64,000 bases of DNA from Hemiscyllium ocellatum (lineage: Eukaryota): contig NC_083409.1 in assembly GCF_020745735.1 (NCBI RefSeq), positions 10,033,534-10,097,533 of the forward strand, in the 5' to 3' direction. The notes beneath the pieces are model-generated. The model did not search any database, was not told where the DNA came from, and worked only from the letters and a program-made list of their open reading frames with translations. The first letter of the stretch is position 1, and every line of letters starts with the position of its first letter. Shown here piece by piece: positions 62,991 to 64,000 of this stretch. The translations under genes were made by a program, and so were the position numbers.

Positions 62991-64000
62991 TCGCCCGGCC
63001 CTGTATGTGGGAATTATTTGAGGAGTTTTTAATTTATATTTTAAAATTTGCTGCTGGTCGTTAGTTTTTAATCTGTAAAATATTTCCCACAAGGAGATAG
63101 AGAAGGTGCCAGCACAGGAGGAGGCTGTTCAGCCCCTTGTGTCAGTGCTAGCTGTTTACGAGCCTCAATTATAATGAACATCTCCATTGAATGTCTGTTG
63201 TCAGGAAGTGATTGAGTCTATTTTTAGAGACAGAATAACGGACAAATATGAACTGGTCCGAGAGAATCAGCATGGATTGACAAAGGTTCAGACATCTTTA
63301 ACTAACCGGGTTACACTTTGTTCGGAGCTCACTAGTGTGGGATATAAGGGAATGTCGATGGCTATTGTCTATAGGGAATTCCAAAAGACATTTAAGAATG
63401 TTCCACATAAGAAACATTGATTCAGATCTTACACTCCACAACCATCTGATGAAGGAGCAGCGCTCCAACTGCTGATGCTTCCAAACAAAGCTGTTGCATT
63501 AGAACCTGGTGTTCTGTGATTTTTAATATTTACACGACAGTCCAACACCGGCATCTCCTAATCATGGAATTGGATGGAATTTGAGAAATGCATTTACCTT
63601 GGGTCAGGAATGGGTCTGTCTAGGAGACAGAGAGGAAGGATAATGTGCGTGTGTTCTAATGAGCCAGATGTGAGTAGTGGTGTTGCCAGGGATCTGTGCT
63701 GGGACCTCAGCTTTTCATGATATTTCTCAATGACTTGGATCAAGAAACAGAGAGCCATATGTCCAAGATTATTGATCACACTGTGTGAGGCAGCTTGGAG
63801 GAGGTCACAGAGATAGGGAGGGTGGAAGAACAGGGAGCAGATGGAGAACAAGGATGAGAATTTGAAAATCGAGGTACTGCTGGACCAAGAGTTTATGTCA
63901 GTCAGTGAAGATTGTGGTGGTTATGGTGGGGTGGCGAGGCATGGGCAGGAGTGTGGGGTGGACTTGGTGTGAGTTTGAACACAGACAGCAGAGTTTGGGT

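Noticed and set aside
37700-64000. Additional Ig V, J or C segments upstream of the cluster
   Set aside because: I found no further leader, V-framework, FGxG, C-domain or complete RSS motifs by eye. A profile search would be needed to exclude very decayed copies.

Overview
Vertebrate, repeat-dense genomic DNA, almost certainly from a shark. The kappa-type Ig light chain, HE1-like SINEs and CR1 LINEs suggest a carpet/bamboo shark, but this is an inference. Host-gene content: (1) an intact two-exon GPR139-like class A GPCR (1040-2410, +). (2) A complete but multiply inactivated split kappa-type (type III/NS4-like) Ig light-chain cluster on the minus strand, with octamer/TATA, leader, V, 12-RSS, 23-RSS, J, a ~9 kb intron and C (37648-27149). 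(3) A second, open-frame kappa C exon on the plus strand (18435-18763) with no V or J. It lies in a ~11 kb inverted paralogous arm truncated at ~8540. A 13-N assembly gap (23320-23332) sits between the two arms, so their relative orientation needs confirmation. The rest is mostly decayed CR1 LINEs, tRNA-derived SINEs, Penelope-like (GIY-YIG) fragments with minimal hammerhead ribozyme cores, Gmr1-type Gypsy remnants and mini/microsatellites. Most short ORFs in the track are TE debris. I cannot show a new biological system. The best leads are the inverted kappa pair with complementary lesions and a homogenised C exon, a TSD-flanked fold-back carrying two intact hammerhead cores, and a perfect PU.1-IRF composite site upstream of the V promoter. 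All percentages are hand counts and TE boundaries are approximate.
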